Below, piece after piece: positions 49,844-59,704 of a stretch of 64,000 bases of DNA. The position numbers were made by a program, and so were the translations under genes. The notes below the pieces were generated by a model, which had not been told where the DNA came from, made no database searches, and was given only the letters and a program-made list of their open reading frames with translations. Source of the DNA: Candidatus Magasanikiibacteriota bacterium (GTDB lineage Bacteria > Patescibacteriota > Patescibacteriia > Magasanikbacterales > UBA922); the NCBI GenBank assembly GCA_021648085.1, contig JAKITS010000001.1:541671-605670 (forward strand), given 5' to 3'. The first letter of the stretch is position 1. Each line of letters begins with the position of its first letter.

Positions 49844-50809
49844 ATGAAACTATATTTTGACATTTTAATTTTTACATCAATTATAGCAGTCGTACTACCT
49901 GCTTTTATTTTGATGCGCAACAAAATAAAATTGAAAAATTCTTGGGAACAGAAACATCCAAAATCTACAATTACAATCTCATCAATACTTTTGTTTTTTG
50001 CACTTTGTATTATTTATGGAAGTTTTATTGAACCAAAATTATTAACAGTAAATCACAAAATTATAGATATAGAAGGAATAGAAAATGAAATAAAAATAGC
50101 TTTTATTGCAGATTTTCAAGTTGGTCCATACAAACAAGAAGCTCATCTAAAAAAACTAATCGGAAAAATAGAAGAACTAAACCCAGACTTAGTATTAATT
50201 GGAGGAGATCAGATTATGAATGACGGCAGCTCGTTATCAGAATTTATACTTTTGACCCCACTTAGAGACTTAGCAAAAAAATACCCAACATACGCAGTTC
50301 ACGGAAATCATGAATATGGCGTTGGTAGAAACACAATAGAAGAAGATTGGGTTTGGTTACCAGATTTAAGTGAAAATACCAAGTGGTACGCACAATATTT
50401 GGGTATAAATTATTTAACAAACGATTTAGAGAAAATAAATATAAAAAATGAGAATTTTTACCTTTTTGGTGGAGATTCACTTTTAGCAAATAAGTTAGAT
50501 ACAGAAGTTTTAAACGAAAGAACAGAAGAAATTCCAACAATCGCACTTATCCATCATCCACTTGCTGTAAAAGAATTAGCGAACAAAAAAGTTGACCTCT
50601 TACTTTCCGGTCATACTCATGGAGGACAGCTTCGCCTACCTTTTATAGGACCTTTTGGAAAAATTGAAGCCAAAATTCCTATAAAATGGTACCAAGGATT
50701 TTCTAAATATAAAGATGTACGAATGTTTATCACAAGCGGAACCGGCGAAACCGGTGCTCGCTCTAGATTTTTAAACCCACCAGAAATAGTACTCTTAACT
50801 ATAAAATAA
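49844..50809 (+). CDS. Membrane-anchored metallophosphoesterase (YkuE-like)
   Basis: ADFQ, GGD, GNHE, HHP and SGHTHGGQ motifs; PPEI end. Confidence 0.9.
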   Translation: MKLYFDILIFTSIIAVVLPAFILMRNKIKLKNSWEQKHPKSTITISSILLFFALCIIYGSFIEPKLLTVNHKIIDIEGIENEIKIAFIADFQVGPYKQEAHLKKLIGKIEELNPDLVLIGGDQIMNDGSSLSEFILLTPLRDLAKKYPTYAVHGNHEYGVGRNTIEEDWVWLPDLSENTKWYAQYLGINYLTNDLEKINIKNENFYLFGGDSLLANKLDTEVLNERTEEIPTIALIHHPLAVKELANKKVDLLLSGHTHGGQLRLPFIGPFGKIEAKIPIKWYQGFSKYKDVRMFITSGTGETGARSRFLNPPEIVLLTIK

Positions 50810-50875
50810 TTGACAGAAGTGCTAAAAAATGGTTAAGTAGGTGTAGTGTTCTTTACCAAAACTAAGGAGGTAGAA

Positions 50876-51328
50876 ATGAGCGACCACAGAGAAAAAATTA
50901 GTTTTTTACTTGCTTTGCTAGGAGTGACTAGTAAGCTATCAGCTCGTTTTTCTGGAGTCATACAACTAACCGAAGAGTTAGCAAAAAAAGGATTAATCAG
51001 CGGTGGTTTTGAACTAACCGCTTTGGAAGAAATTTCAGACAGAACAATCTCAAACTACAAACACCTAACTGAAGAGTTTCTTATTGATGCTTTTGTAGAA
51101 ATTTGGGATGAAGATGAGATAGATAATATTACAGCTATTATCTTAAGTAATCCCCCCATTCAAAAGTTATTTTTGTCTGTCGGGAAGATGGCAAAAAAAG
51201 CCCATAAAAATGCAATAAAAAAAGTAAGTCAGCAAATTACTGCCATCGGGATTAAACTTGACCAAGAATCTAAACCTCTCGGGTTCAATGATCCTAAAAG
51301 AAAGTTAACAAAAAAACCACTAAACTGA
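50876..51328 (+). CDS. Orphan helical protein, DUF2059-like (boxA/SD class)
   Basis: Start moved to ATG 50876, after TTGACA (50810)-17-TTAAGT, GTTCTTTACC (50848) and AGGAGGT. Confidence 0.65.
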   Translation: MSDHREKISFLLALLGVTSKLSARFSGVIQLTEELAKKGLISGGFELTALEEISDRTISNYKHLTEEFLIDAFVEIWDEDEIDNITAIILSNPPIQKLFLSVGKMAKKAHKNAIKKVSQQITAIGIKLDQESKPLGFNDPKRKLTKKPLN

Positions 51329-51422
51329 GAATGTAAACCACCTTTAAAAGGTGGTTTTTTTATTTTTAATATAAAGTGTGTTATATTAAATTAGTAGTTC
51401 ATTACAACAATAAGAGGTAAAA

Positions 51423-51851
51423 ATGTCAGACAGCGATACAAGAAAAATAGAACTCGCAGAAGAAATTTTAGTACTAAGTTTTGTAAGTCCAAGCTTCTTA
51501 CTAGAATCTATGTTTTTGTTTGCAGGGATTTTGATGAAATTTTCAGAAACAGAAGAATCAGAAAATATAGATGAGCAAAAAATAGTAGCTTTACAAAAGT
51601 CTGCTTCTGATTTATCGATAAGTCATGATAAAAAATTAATTAAATTATTTGCAGATAATTTTACAGAAGAAGAATTAGAAACTTTATTTGAATTAATAAA
51701 TGAACCACTCATATTAAGACTATTACTCTTAATAGGTACTGGCGGTAAAATTAAAGTAGAGATACAGAATATGCACATTGAATTAATTGAGTTCATTAGA
51801 ACAAAGTTAAAAGATATATTAATTAAGATAGACCTGTCCAAAATGAACTAA
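51423..51851 (+). CDS. Orphan helical protein, DUF2059-like (boxA/SD class)
   Basis: GTTCATTACAA (51397) and AGAGGT upstream; LFADNFTEEELETLFELINEP resembles DUF2059; same terminator as the preceding gene. Confidence 0.65.
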   Translation: MSDSDTRKIELAEEILVLSFVSPSFLLESMFLFAGILMKFSETEESENIDEQKIVALQKSASDLSISHDKKLIKLFADNFTEEELETLFELINEPLILRLLLLIGTGGKIKVEIQNMHIELIEFIRTKLKDILIKIDLSKMN

Positions 51852-51902
51852 CAAAACAAAACCACCTTTTCAAAAGGTGGTTTTATTTTTTCTTAATAAT
51901 AT

Positions 51903-52406
51903 CTAAATAAACCAACGAAGTATTCCACCTGCAAAAAGAGTCAAAAAGGTTACGATAGTTGCTGCTACACAAACACCAATCAAAATAAGTGGAAAAGACT
52001 TTCTAAAAGGAATATTAAAAACAAAAGATGCTAAAGATCCAGTCCAAGAACCTGTAAACGGAAGTGGTATCCCAACAAAAATTATTAAAGCGAGTGATCC
52101 GTATTTTTCATATTTTCCAGAAAACTTTTTCTCTGCTTTTTCTAGCTCATAGGTTAAAAATTTTCCAAAAATTCTATATTTTACTGCCAGTTTGTGAGCA
52201 TAAGGCATCAAAAGTAAAATAAATATTGCAGGTACCGTGTCCCCAACTACAGCAATAACCCAAACCTTCCAAATTGCCAAATTATAAACCTCTATTCCTA
52301 TTGGAATAGATGCTCTCAGCTCAGTTATTGGAATCATTGAAAGCAGAAAAATAGCCACTTCTGGTGGCATACTTAAAAACCAAGTTGCTGGATTCAAATT
52401 TAACAT
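51903..52406 (-). CDS. Putative small multidrug export protein (COG2426-like)
   Basis: SMIPITELRASIPIG, FVGIPLPFTGSWTG; four TM helices. Confidence 0.88.
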   Translation of the reverse strand: MLNLNPATWFLSMPPEVAIFLLSMIPITELRASIPIGIEVYNLAIWKVWVIAVVGDTVPAIFILLLMPYAHKLAVKYRIFGKFLTYELEKAEKKFSGKYEKYGSLALIIFVGIPLPFTGSWTGSLASFVFNIPFRKSFPLILIGVCVAATIVTFLTLFAGGILRWFI

Positions 52407-52435
52407 TTTTATTTAAATTATTTTTTATAATTTAT

Positions 52436-53470
52436 TTATTTTACACCTTCTTCTGGCCACTCATAATTTTCAAAAGTCCAATACGCGATATCTCGCGCTT
52501 CTGTAAACCTATCCTCATGAACTTCTGCACCAAGTACTGCTATACTTAATATTTTACCATTTTTTCCTTTAACTTGCATAGTAAAGTTGTATCCAGACAA
52601 AGGAATATAACCTGTCTTACCACCAATAAATTCACCAAAATCACTTGGAATCCAGCCAAGTAAAAGCCAATTTGTATTCCACATTTTATGTTTTTTTGCA
52701 TTTTTACCTCGACTACTTACTATAAATTCTGTTTCCAAAAGTGTTTTTCTAATCTTTTTATGAAGCATAGCTTCCTCTAAAACATGTATTATATCAGACG
52801 CTGTAGAGATATTCCCACCATCTAATCCTGTAGGTTCCACAAAAAAAGTTTCAAACATCCCAAGTTCTTGTGCTTTTTCATTCATTTTTTCTACAAAATT
52901 TTCTCTTTCATCTACTAAATCCACCAATGTCAAAATTGCTCTATTCGATGATCCAACCAAAGACAAACTCCAAAGCTCTTCTGCGGTAAAAACCTCTCCA
53001 CCTAAAATATGGCTGTCAAAAATATCATCATATATTACAGATGTTGTAGTGGAAAAATCGATATTATAATCCAACAAAACAAGTGCACTCATCAATTTCG
53101 TAATACTTGCCAAAGAATGAAAACTATACTCATTTTTTCCAAACAAAACCTTACCAGTCTCAACATCTTTTACAATAATACTCTCTGCTGTAAAATCCTC
53201 TGGATCAGCCATATCACCAACCAGTTCTGGTAATTTTGGCAACACAACGACAGGTTCTACAGGAAAATCGCCACCTTCCAATTTTTCATCTATTTTTGTA
53301 TTTGCAGTCTCAACAGCACTCATTAAAAAAGAAAATTCTACCATATCCAAAGAACGTACAACAACAGGTGGTGCAAATAAAAAAAGCACAACAGCAACAA
53401 CTGAAACCACCCCAATTATATCTCTAATTTTATTTGGCCAATCTTTTTGTGATTTTTCTGGATTAAACAT
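52436..53470 (-). CDS. D-alanyl-D-alanine carboxypeptidase/endopeptidase (peptidase S11)
   Basis: SITK (SxxK), SSN (SxN), KTG; N-terminal TM helix. Confidence 0.9.
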   Translation of the reverse strand: MFNPEKSQKDWPNKIRDIIGVVSVVAVVLFLFAPPVVVRSLDMVEFSFLMSAVETANTKIDEKLEGGDFPVEPVVVLPKLPELVGDMADPEDFTAESIIVKDVETGKVLFGKNEYSFHSLASITKLMSALVLLDYNIDFSTTTSVIYDDIFDSHILGGEVFTAEELWSLSLVGSSNRAILTLVDLVDERENFVEKMNEKAQELGMFETFFVEPTGLDGGNISTASDIIHVLEEAMLHKKIRKTLLETEFIVSSRGKNAKKHKMWNTNWLLLGWIPSDFGEFIGGKTGYIPLSGYNFTMQVKGKNGKILSIAVLGAEVHEDRFTEARDIAYWTFENYEWPEEGVK

Positions 53471-53520
53471 AATTACTCAATAAACCTATTTTAAAATAAT
53501 ATTTCAATAAAAATCTTAAA

Positions 53521-54066
53521 TTAAAGTAGCTTTAAATTATTTAAAGTATTCTTAATATTATCATGTTCTCGAAGATTTGTATAGTCCGGAAGCTCTTCTA
53601 CAGAACTAATCCCCAAATATCCAAGTGCTTCTGTGGATAAAACATACAACGAAAATAAACCTCCCTCCTCTTCTTTTTCTGAAACCAAACCTCTCATCAT
53701 CAAATTTTTTAAAATAATTCCACAACTTACACCGCGAAGTTCCTCTAACTCAGATTTTGTAATTGGACCCAAATATCCAATTATAGTCAAAGTTTCGAGT
53801 TGTGGTTTTGTGAGTTCACTAGAAAGATCAATAGAAATAAATTTTTCAATTGCATCTAAGTTTTCTGGTTTTGAAGACATTTTATACAAAAAACCATCAG
53901 TAATTAAATGTAGTCCCGATCCATCATCTTTATACCTTGAATTTAAATCTTCCAATACAATTATAACTTCACTTTCTTCCACATCTAAAACTTTCATAAT
54001 TTCTTGGACAGAAACCCCTCTTCCAACCACAAACAATATAGACTCTATTTTTGATCCCAAATTCAT
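53521..54066 (-). CDS. scpB: SMC-Scp complex subunit ScpB
   Basis: IESILF, LETLTIIGY.GPITK.ELEELRGV, LMMRGLV. Confidence 0.95.
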   Translation of the reverse strand: MNLGSKIESILFVVGRGVSVQEIMKVLDVEESEVIIVLEDLNSRYKDDGSGLHLITDGFLYKMSSKPENLDAIEKFISIDLSSELTKPQLETLTIIGYLGPITKSELEELRGVSCGIILKNLMMRGLVSEKEEEGGLFSLYVLSTEALGYLGISSVEELPDYTNLREHDNIKNTLNNLKLL

Positions 54067-54082
54067 ATTTTTTACTAGTAAA

Positions 54083-54784
54083 TTATTTGTTCTTAATCAT
54101 AATTTCACCAAATGCTACATTCTGTTTTATATTCAAAGTATTACTTTTTACCAACTCAAGTAAAGCTAAAAAAGTTATTACAATCTCTGCCTTTTCTTTT
54201 TTTGATGAAAAAAAATCACGAAATTTTATTTTTGTATTTTTCTTAAAAAAAAGCCTTAGATGACGAATACGCTCTCGCAAAGAAACTATTTTGAATAATT
54301 TTGCCTTTGGAATAGGTTTTGGTGGTTCCAATTTTTGAACCAACCTAACCATAAGTTTACTCAAGTTCATTAAATGCAATTTTTTTGGCATTATACCTGT
54401 TTTTTTAACTATTTTTTCTCCTTTTCTTCCTATAGAATATAACCTGCTTTCCCACATTTTTTGCACTTTTTTACTTTTTTCTAGAAACAACCTATAAATT
54501 TCCAGTTGACTCTCCAAACTCTGCACATCTTCTTCCTCAAAAACAAGACCCGGCAAAAGAGCTCTAGATTTCAACAAAAGTAAACGAGATGCAACCATTA
54601 AAAAGTTAGCAATTTCTTCTGCTGATTTTTCTTTTTCTAATAATTCTACAAAATCCAAATATTGTTCTGTCACAGAAGAAAGTGAAACCTCGTTTATGTC
54701 TAATTTTTGCTTCTCTATCAGTTGAAGTAGTAAATCTATTGGACCTTCAAACTGATCTAATTTAAAATGAATAGATACCTGCAT
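54083..54784 (-). CDS. scpA: SMC-Scp complex subunit ScpA
   Basis: FEGPIDLLLQLI, LLLLKSRALLP, TFLALLELVK, FGEI. Confidence 0.95.
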   Translation of the reverse strand: MQVSIHFKLDQFEGPIDLLLQLIEKQKLDINEVSLSSVTEQYLDFVELLEKEKSAEEIANFLMVASRLLLLKSRALLPGLVFEEEDVQSLESQLEIYRLFLEKSKKVQKMWESRLYSIGRKGEKIVKKTGIMPKKLHLMNLSKLMVRLVQKLEPPKPIPKAKLFKIVSLRERIRHLRLFFKKNTKIKFRDFFSSKKEKAEIVITFLALLELVKSNTLNIKQNVAFGEIMIKNK

Positions 54785-54791
54785 AATACAA

Positions 54792-56558
54792 CTAAACTTC
54801 CTCCTCTATCTTTTTTAAACCAAGATTTTTCAACTGCTCTTCGCTAATTTCTGCAGGAGAGCCTAGCATCACCTCTTGTGCTTTTTGATTTTTTGGAAAT
54901 GCTATCACACCACGCAAATTCTTCTCACCAAGTAAAAGCATAGCCATACGCTCAATTCCAGGAGCAAAACCACAATGAGGAGGTGCTCCATATTCAAACG
55001 CATTTATCATATGACCAAATTTTTTATTCACTTCTTCTTGTGAATAACCAGCAACCTCAAAAGCTTTATACATAATTTGTGTATCCTTATTTCGTACAGC
55101 GCCAGAAGAAAGCTCCAAACCATTTGCAACAATATCATACTGATAAGCTAAAACATCCAGTGGTTTTTCTGTTTCTAAAACTTCCATACCACCTTGTGGC
55201 ATAGAAAATGGATTGTGACCAAAATCAATTTTCTGATTTTTCTCGTCCCATTCATACATTGGAAAATCTACTATCCAAGCCCACGCAATCACATTTTTAT
55301 CTGCCAATTCCAACTTTTCTGCTGTTAAACTTCGAACAGCACCAAGTGCTTCACAAGATATTTTCCATTTGTCTGCCACAAAAAATACAATAGAATCTTT
55401 TTCCAATTTTAATTCTTTTTTCAATTCTTCCAACTCACCTTCTTTGAAAAACTTTACGACAGAACCCTCAAAAACACCCTCCACAAATTTCATCCAAGCT
55501 AGTCCTTTTGCGTGACTTCGTTTTGCAACATCTGTAAATTCTTCATCAATCTCTTTTCTTGTAAATTTATTTCCACCTCCAATCACTAAAGCTTTTACAC
55601 TTTCTGTATTTGAAAAAACATTAAATCCTGTTTTACTTCCCCACTCTGTGACATCTTGAATTTCCAAACCATAACGCAAATCAGGCCTATCACTTCCAAA
55701 TTTATTCATTGCATCTTTATACGCAATTCTTGGAAACTTCTTATCTTTTACTTTTTTACCAGCCAACTGCGTAAGCTCAGAAAATAAAGGTTCCATTATT
55801 TCAAAAAATTCATCTTGGGAGGTAAAACTCATCTCCACATCAAGCTGATAAAATTCTCCAGGTGAACGGTCTGCGCGCGGATCTTCGTCTCGCATACACG
55901 GAGCAATTTGATAATATTTATCAAAACCTGCAACCATTAGAAGTTGTTTATACTGTTGTGGTGCTTGTGGAAGTGCATAAAATTTACCTGGATGAATTCT
56001 ACTTGGTACCAAAAAATCTCTAGCTCCTTCCGGCGAAGAAACAGTAAGAATTGGAGTTGCAATATTTATAAAATCACGTGATTCCATATAATCACGAATG
56101 TGCTTTTCCATTTTTGCACGAAACAAAATATTATTTTTCAATTTTTCACGACGCAATTCTAAAAATCTATATCTCAAACGAAGCTCTTCATCTTCTTCTT
56201 GCTTTCTAGCATCAAAAATTTCAAATGGCATTGTTTTTGCCTCACTCAAAATTTCCAAATTTATAGCATTTACCTCTATCTCTCCTGTTTTTAAATTTTT
56301 ATTTACATTTTTCTCATCACGCAGCATCACATCACCTACGACTTTTATCACAAATTCATATTTCAATTTTTCAACCAATTCAAAATTTTCAACTCTTTCT
56401 GGATTGAACACAATTTGTGTAATCCCATATCTATCGCGAAGATCCACAAAAATTAAACCGCCCAAATCTCGGCGTTTGTGCACCCAACCAGAAAGCGTAA
56501 CATTTTTATTAGCCTCGTCTTTTGTAAGTTCACCGCATGTGTGTGTTCTGTATTCCAT
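54792..56558 (-). CDS. aspS: Aspartate--tRNA ligase
   Basis: YRTHTCGEL, PEGARDFLVPSR, ALPQAPQ, RDEDPRADR, GAPPH.G. Confidence 0.98.
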   Translation of the reverse strand: MEYRTHTCGELTKDEANKNVTLSGWVHKRRDLGGLIFVDLRDRYGITQIVFNPERVENFELVEKLKYEFVIKVVGDVMLRDEKNVNKNLKTGEIEVNAINLEILSEAKTMPFEIFDARKQEEDEELRLRYRFLELRREKLKNNILFRAKMEKHIRDYMESRDFINIATPILTVSSPEGARDFLVPSRIHPGKFYALPQAPQQYKQLLMVAGFDKYYQIAPCMRDEDPRADRSPGEFYQLDVEMSFTSQDEFFEIMEPLFSELTQLAGKKVKDKKFPRIAYKDAMNKFGSDRPDLRYGLEIQDVTEWGSKTGFNVFSNTESVKALVIGGGNKFTRKEIDEEFTDVAKRSHAKGLAWMKFVEGVFEGSVVKFFKEGELEELKKELKLEKDSIVFFVADKWKISCEALGAVRSLTAEKLELADKNVIAWAWIVDFPMYEWDEKNQKIDFGHNPFSMPQGGMEVLETEKPLDVLAYQYDIVANGLELSSGAVRNKDTQIMYKAFEVAGYSQEEVNKKFGHMINAFEYGAPPHCGFAPGIERMAMLLLGEKNLRGVIAFPKNQKAQEVMLGSPAEISEEQLKNLGLKKIEEEV

Positions 56559-56664
56559 ATTTTTAGTTCAATAAAAGTATTCAGTTTATTTCTATATTTT
56601 ACTTCATACCAAGGATAAAGGCAAGAAAAAAACTGGCTTTTTAAACCAGTTTTAATAATCTACT

Positions 56665-56898
56665 CTAAAAAGAAAAAATAAAATTTTCAACATCAGAATA
56701 TTCTTTTTTTGTAACTCCTATCTCACCAAATCTAATACTGAAAAGATTAACCAACAATATCATATCATTATAATTAGATAAAATCTTTTTTTTATTAAAA
56801 CTAACACAATAACCACTTCCCATACTACGAAAAGTATACAAAATATCCTTAAATTCAACCTCAACAATTTTTACAGCACCATCTCTTACATCACTCAT
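56665..56898 (-). CDS. Small orphan, possibly a degenerate ACP-like protein
   Basis: Start at ATG 56898 after GGAGGT; overlaps the upstream stop (ATGAGTGA). Confidence 0.55.
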   Translation of the reverse strand: MSDVRDGAVKIVEVEFKDILYTFRSMGSGYCVSFNKKKILSNYNDMILLVNLFSIRFGEIGVTKKEYSDVENFIFSF

Positions 56899-57175
56899 TT
56901 CCACCTCCATCTTTCTTTATGTTTCTCTCTATCATTTCTGCAAACATTTTAACTGTTACAAAATCTTCATAATCAACATTTAGATCTCTTATATTAAAAT
57001 CCCCTATAATCATGAGTCTTTTTATTGAGTCCATAACAATCACAAAAGCTATTAAACGCTCCGTTTTTTCAAAAAAGAATTTCTGTCCTTTAGTTTTATA
57101 ATATAAGATTGCTCCACAAAGCATAAGACATATTTTGTGTCTTAGCTCCTCTCTCTTATCTTGTGTAAGCATCAT
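56891..57175 (-). CDS. Small orphan with an acyl-carrier-protein-like DS motif (boxA/SD class)
   Basis: GTTCTTTTAACA (57193-57204) and AGGAGGT upstream; MDSI...DF.I...EDFVTV..FAEMI pattern. Confidence 0.6.
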   Translation of the reverse strand: MMLTQDKREELRHKICLMLCGAILYYKTKGQKFFFEKTERLIAFVIVMDSIKRLMIIGDFNIRDLNVDYEDFVTVKMFAEMIERNIKKDGGGNE

Positions 57176-57210
57176 ACCTCCTTTTTGGTTTTTGTTAAAA
57201 GAACTTTATT

Positions 57211-58503
57211 TTATGGTTTCACTCTATTCAAGACCCTTGGAAATGGAATGCACTCGCGCACATGTTGCACTCCAGAAAGCCAGCGAACAATTCGCTCCAA
57301 ACCAAATCCAAAACCAGAATGTGGCACACTTCCATACTTCCTTAAGTCCAAATACCAAGCAAAATCTTCTTCAGACAATCCAGATTCTTTTATCCTTTTC
57401 AACAATTCACCATAATTATCCTCACGCTGTGAACCTCCTGCAATTTCTCCACCACCTTCAGTTGCTATCAAATCATTATTCAAGGCAATTTTTCCAGTCT
57501 CATCGCGTTTCATATAAAATGGCTTTATTTCTGCTGGCCATTTTTCCACAAAAACAGGCACATTACTATCTTTTGTAAGCATTCCTTCGTCATCATTCCC
57601 CAAGTCTTCTCCATATTTTATATCAGACCCAAGTTTATTCAATTTTTGTATAGCTTCAGTATAAGTATATCTTGTAAAAGGATTGTCTACTATTTTTTGC
57701 AAAGCTTCTGTATTACGCCCCAAAATTTCCAATTCTTTTTTACATTCATTCAAAACTTTCCCCACAATATGTTTTACCAATCCTTCTTGAATATCCATAT
57801 TTTCATTATGCTCTACAAAAGCTCCTTCTGCATCCATCATCCAAAATTCTGTAAGATGTCTTTTTGTTTTTGATTTTTCTGCACGAAATACTGGCCCAAA
57901 ATCATAACAACGCCCAACAGAGGCAATAGCAGCCTCTGCATAAAGCTGACCAGATTGTGTTAGATAAACCTCACCAAGATCAAAATATGGAACAGGAAAA
58001 AGAGTGGTGGTTCCTTCACAAGCATTTGGTGTAAAAATTGGCGAATCTACACGAATAAACCTCTCTTTGTGCAGATATTCCGAAATAGCAAGTATTACAA
58101 CATCACGCATCCTGAGAATAGCCCACTGTTTTTTACTACGAAGCCACAAATGCCTATTATCCAACAAAAAGTCTGGTCCGTGATCTTTTAGACTAATTGG
58201 GTACTCTTCAGACTTACCCACCAACTCAAACCCTTCGACCTGCATTTCAAAAACATTGTCTTTTTTTGGATGTTTTGTAATTTTTCCAGTTAATTTTACT
58301 GAAGACTCTTGTGTTAAATTTTCTACAATATTCCAAACACTTTCATCAACCTCACTTTTTGAAACCACAGCCTGAATAAACCCACTTCCATCACGAATCT
58401 GCAAAAAAGCAATAGACCCAGAAGAACGTGTATTATAAATCCATCCTTTTAATGTAACTGTTTTTTCTATAAATTCTGACACCTGGTCAATAAAAATATT
58501 CAT
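57211..58503 (-). CDS. asnS: Asparagine--tRNA ligase
   Basis: Start corrected to 58503; LLDNRHLWLR, CEGTTTLF, YLTQSGQLY, FRAEKSKTKRHLTEF, LRKYGSVPHSGFG. Confidence 0.97.
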   Translation of the reverse strand: MNIFIDQVSEFIEKTVTLKGWIYNTRSSGSIAFLQIRDGSGFIQAVVSKSEVDESVWNIVENLTQESSVKLTGKITKHPKKDNVFEMQVEGFELVGKSEEYPISLKDHGPDFLLDNRHLWLRSKKQWAILRMRDVVILAISEYLHKERFIRVDSPIFTPNACEGTTTLFPVPYFDLGEVYLTQSGQLYAEAAIASVGRCYDFGPVFRAEKSKTKRHLTEFWMMDAEGAFVEHNENMDIQEGLVKHIVGKVLNECKKELEILGRNTEALQKIVDNPFTRYTYTEAIQKLNKLGSDIKYGEDLGNDDEGMLTKDSNVPVFVEKWPAEIKPFYMKRDETGKIALNNDLIATEGGGEIAGGSQREDNYGELLKRIKESGLSEEDFAWYLDLRKYGSVPHSGFGFGLERIVRWLSGVQHVRECIPFPRVLNRVKP

Positions 58504-58565
58504 ACTTTTATATATAAAGGAGAAGATTTTTATGTCTTCTCCTTGAGTTTTAAAAAATTTCACTA

Positions 58566-59090
58566 TTAGTAGACTTCTGTACTTGTACCCTTACATTTTT
58601 TATAAACACTGCCCATTACCTGCTCTCCATTCTTGTCATATACAACCCACCAACCAATTCTACAACCTACATCATAGGTTCCCATCATTCTGATAACACC
58701 ACGCTCATCATAAAAAACCCAATCCCCATCTAGTTCATCATTTACAATAAAACCTTCTTCGGCAACCACACCATTTTTATGATAAACCTTTTCCAAACCA
58801 TTTCTAATATTATTTTCGTAATGTCGCTGCACTTGTACTTTACCATTTAAATAAAGTTTTTTCCAGACACCGTGTTTTGTGCCATCCGATTTTCTACAAA
58901 ACAATACTAAATTCTCAAAATCTAGCAAATACCAATCTGAGTAAGTGCCCTTTTCACACTCCATTTCCAGACTTTCAGTATAATTTTCTGGCCATTCCCA
59001 CATTTGATTTTCCAGAAAGAAAACCGCAGGATCAGGGGTAGAAAATATTATAAGTCCTGTACAAATAATAATTGTAGAGTCAAGTGCCAT
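58566..59090 (-). CDS. MORN-variant repeat protein (YwqK-like), exported
   Basis: Repeats HGVWKKLYLNG / NGLEKVYHKNG / DGDWVFYDERG / GWWVVYDKNG; hydrophobic N-terminus; coupled to the upstream gene (TAATG). Confidence 0.82.
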   Translation of the reverse strand: MALDSTIIICTGLIIFSTPDPAVFFLENQMWEWPENYTESLEMECEKGTYSDWYLLDFENLVLFCRKSDGTKHGVWKKLYLNGKVQVQRHYENNIRNGLEKVYHKNGVVAEEGFIVNDELDGDWVFYDERGVIRMMGTYDVGCRIGWWVVYDKNGEQVMGSVYKKCKGTSTEVY

Positions 59091-59626
59091 TATAAACCCC
59101 TTTCATATTTTTCAACAACTTCAGATCTACAAGTCTTAGCATCTGCAAAAATTTTTACAATCTTATTTTCATTTTCATCGTAAAAATACCAAATCCCATC
59201 CTTGCACCCATCTCTAAATTTTCCACTTGAAAATTTATTTCCATTTTTATAATATGTAGTCCATATTCCGTTTGGTTTACCTTTTTTATATAACCCATCA
59301 CTTTTCAACATACCACTCTCATAATAAGTCTTCCAAATTCTGCAAAGTTTACCCTCACAAAAAGTAGAGTCTATATAGAGCTGGCCGTTCAAATAATAAA
59401 CCCTTCTTTTACCATGCCAAATATTATTTTTACGCTCGCATCTATTTTCCAAAAATACTTTATTCTCAGAAAATTTTTGTTCTGTGCCTTCACCGCAAAC
59501 AAGCTCAAACCCTTGAACTTTCATTTTTGGTGTTTCTATTTTTAATTCTGAAACCACAACCTCAAGCCCAGCACCACAAGATGTAAGTAAAAATAATGAC
59601 ACAAAAAGTTTCACCAAAACACACAT
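59090..59626 (-). CDS. MORN-variant repeat lipoprotein (YwqK-like; boxA/SD class)
   Basis: Lipobox LLTSC; repeats HGKRRVYYLNG / WKTYYESG / NGIWTTYYKNG; TTGACA-17-TGAGAT, GTTCTTTTAA and AGGAGG upstream. Confidence 0.82.
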   Translation of the reverse strand: MCVLVKLFVSLFLLTSCGAGLEVVVSELKIETPKMKVQGFELVCGEGTEQKFSENKVFLENRCERKNNIWHGKRRVYYLNGQLYIDSTFCEGKLCRIWKTYYESGMLKSDGLYKKGKPNGIWTTYYKNGNKFSSGKFRDGCKDGIWYFYDENENKIVKIFADAKTCRSEVVEKYERGL

Positions 59627-59704
59627 ACCCCCTCCTAATCTATAGTTGTATATTTAAAAGAACATTTATATCTCACCACGAATACCACAAAGTGTCAAGT
59701 AAAA

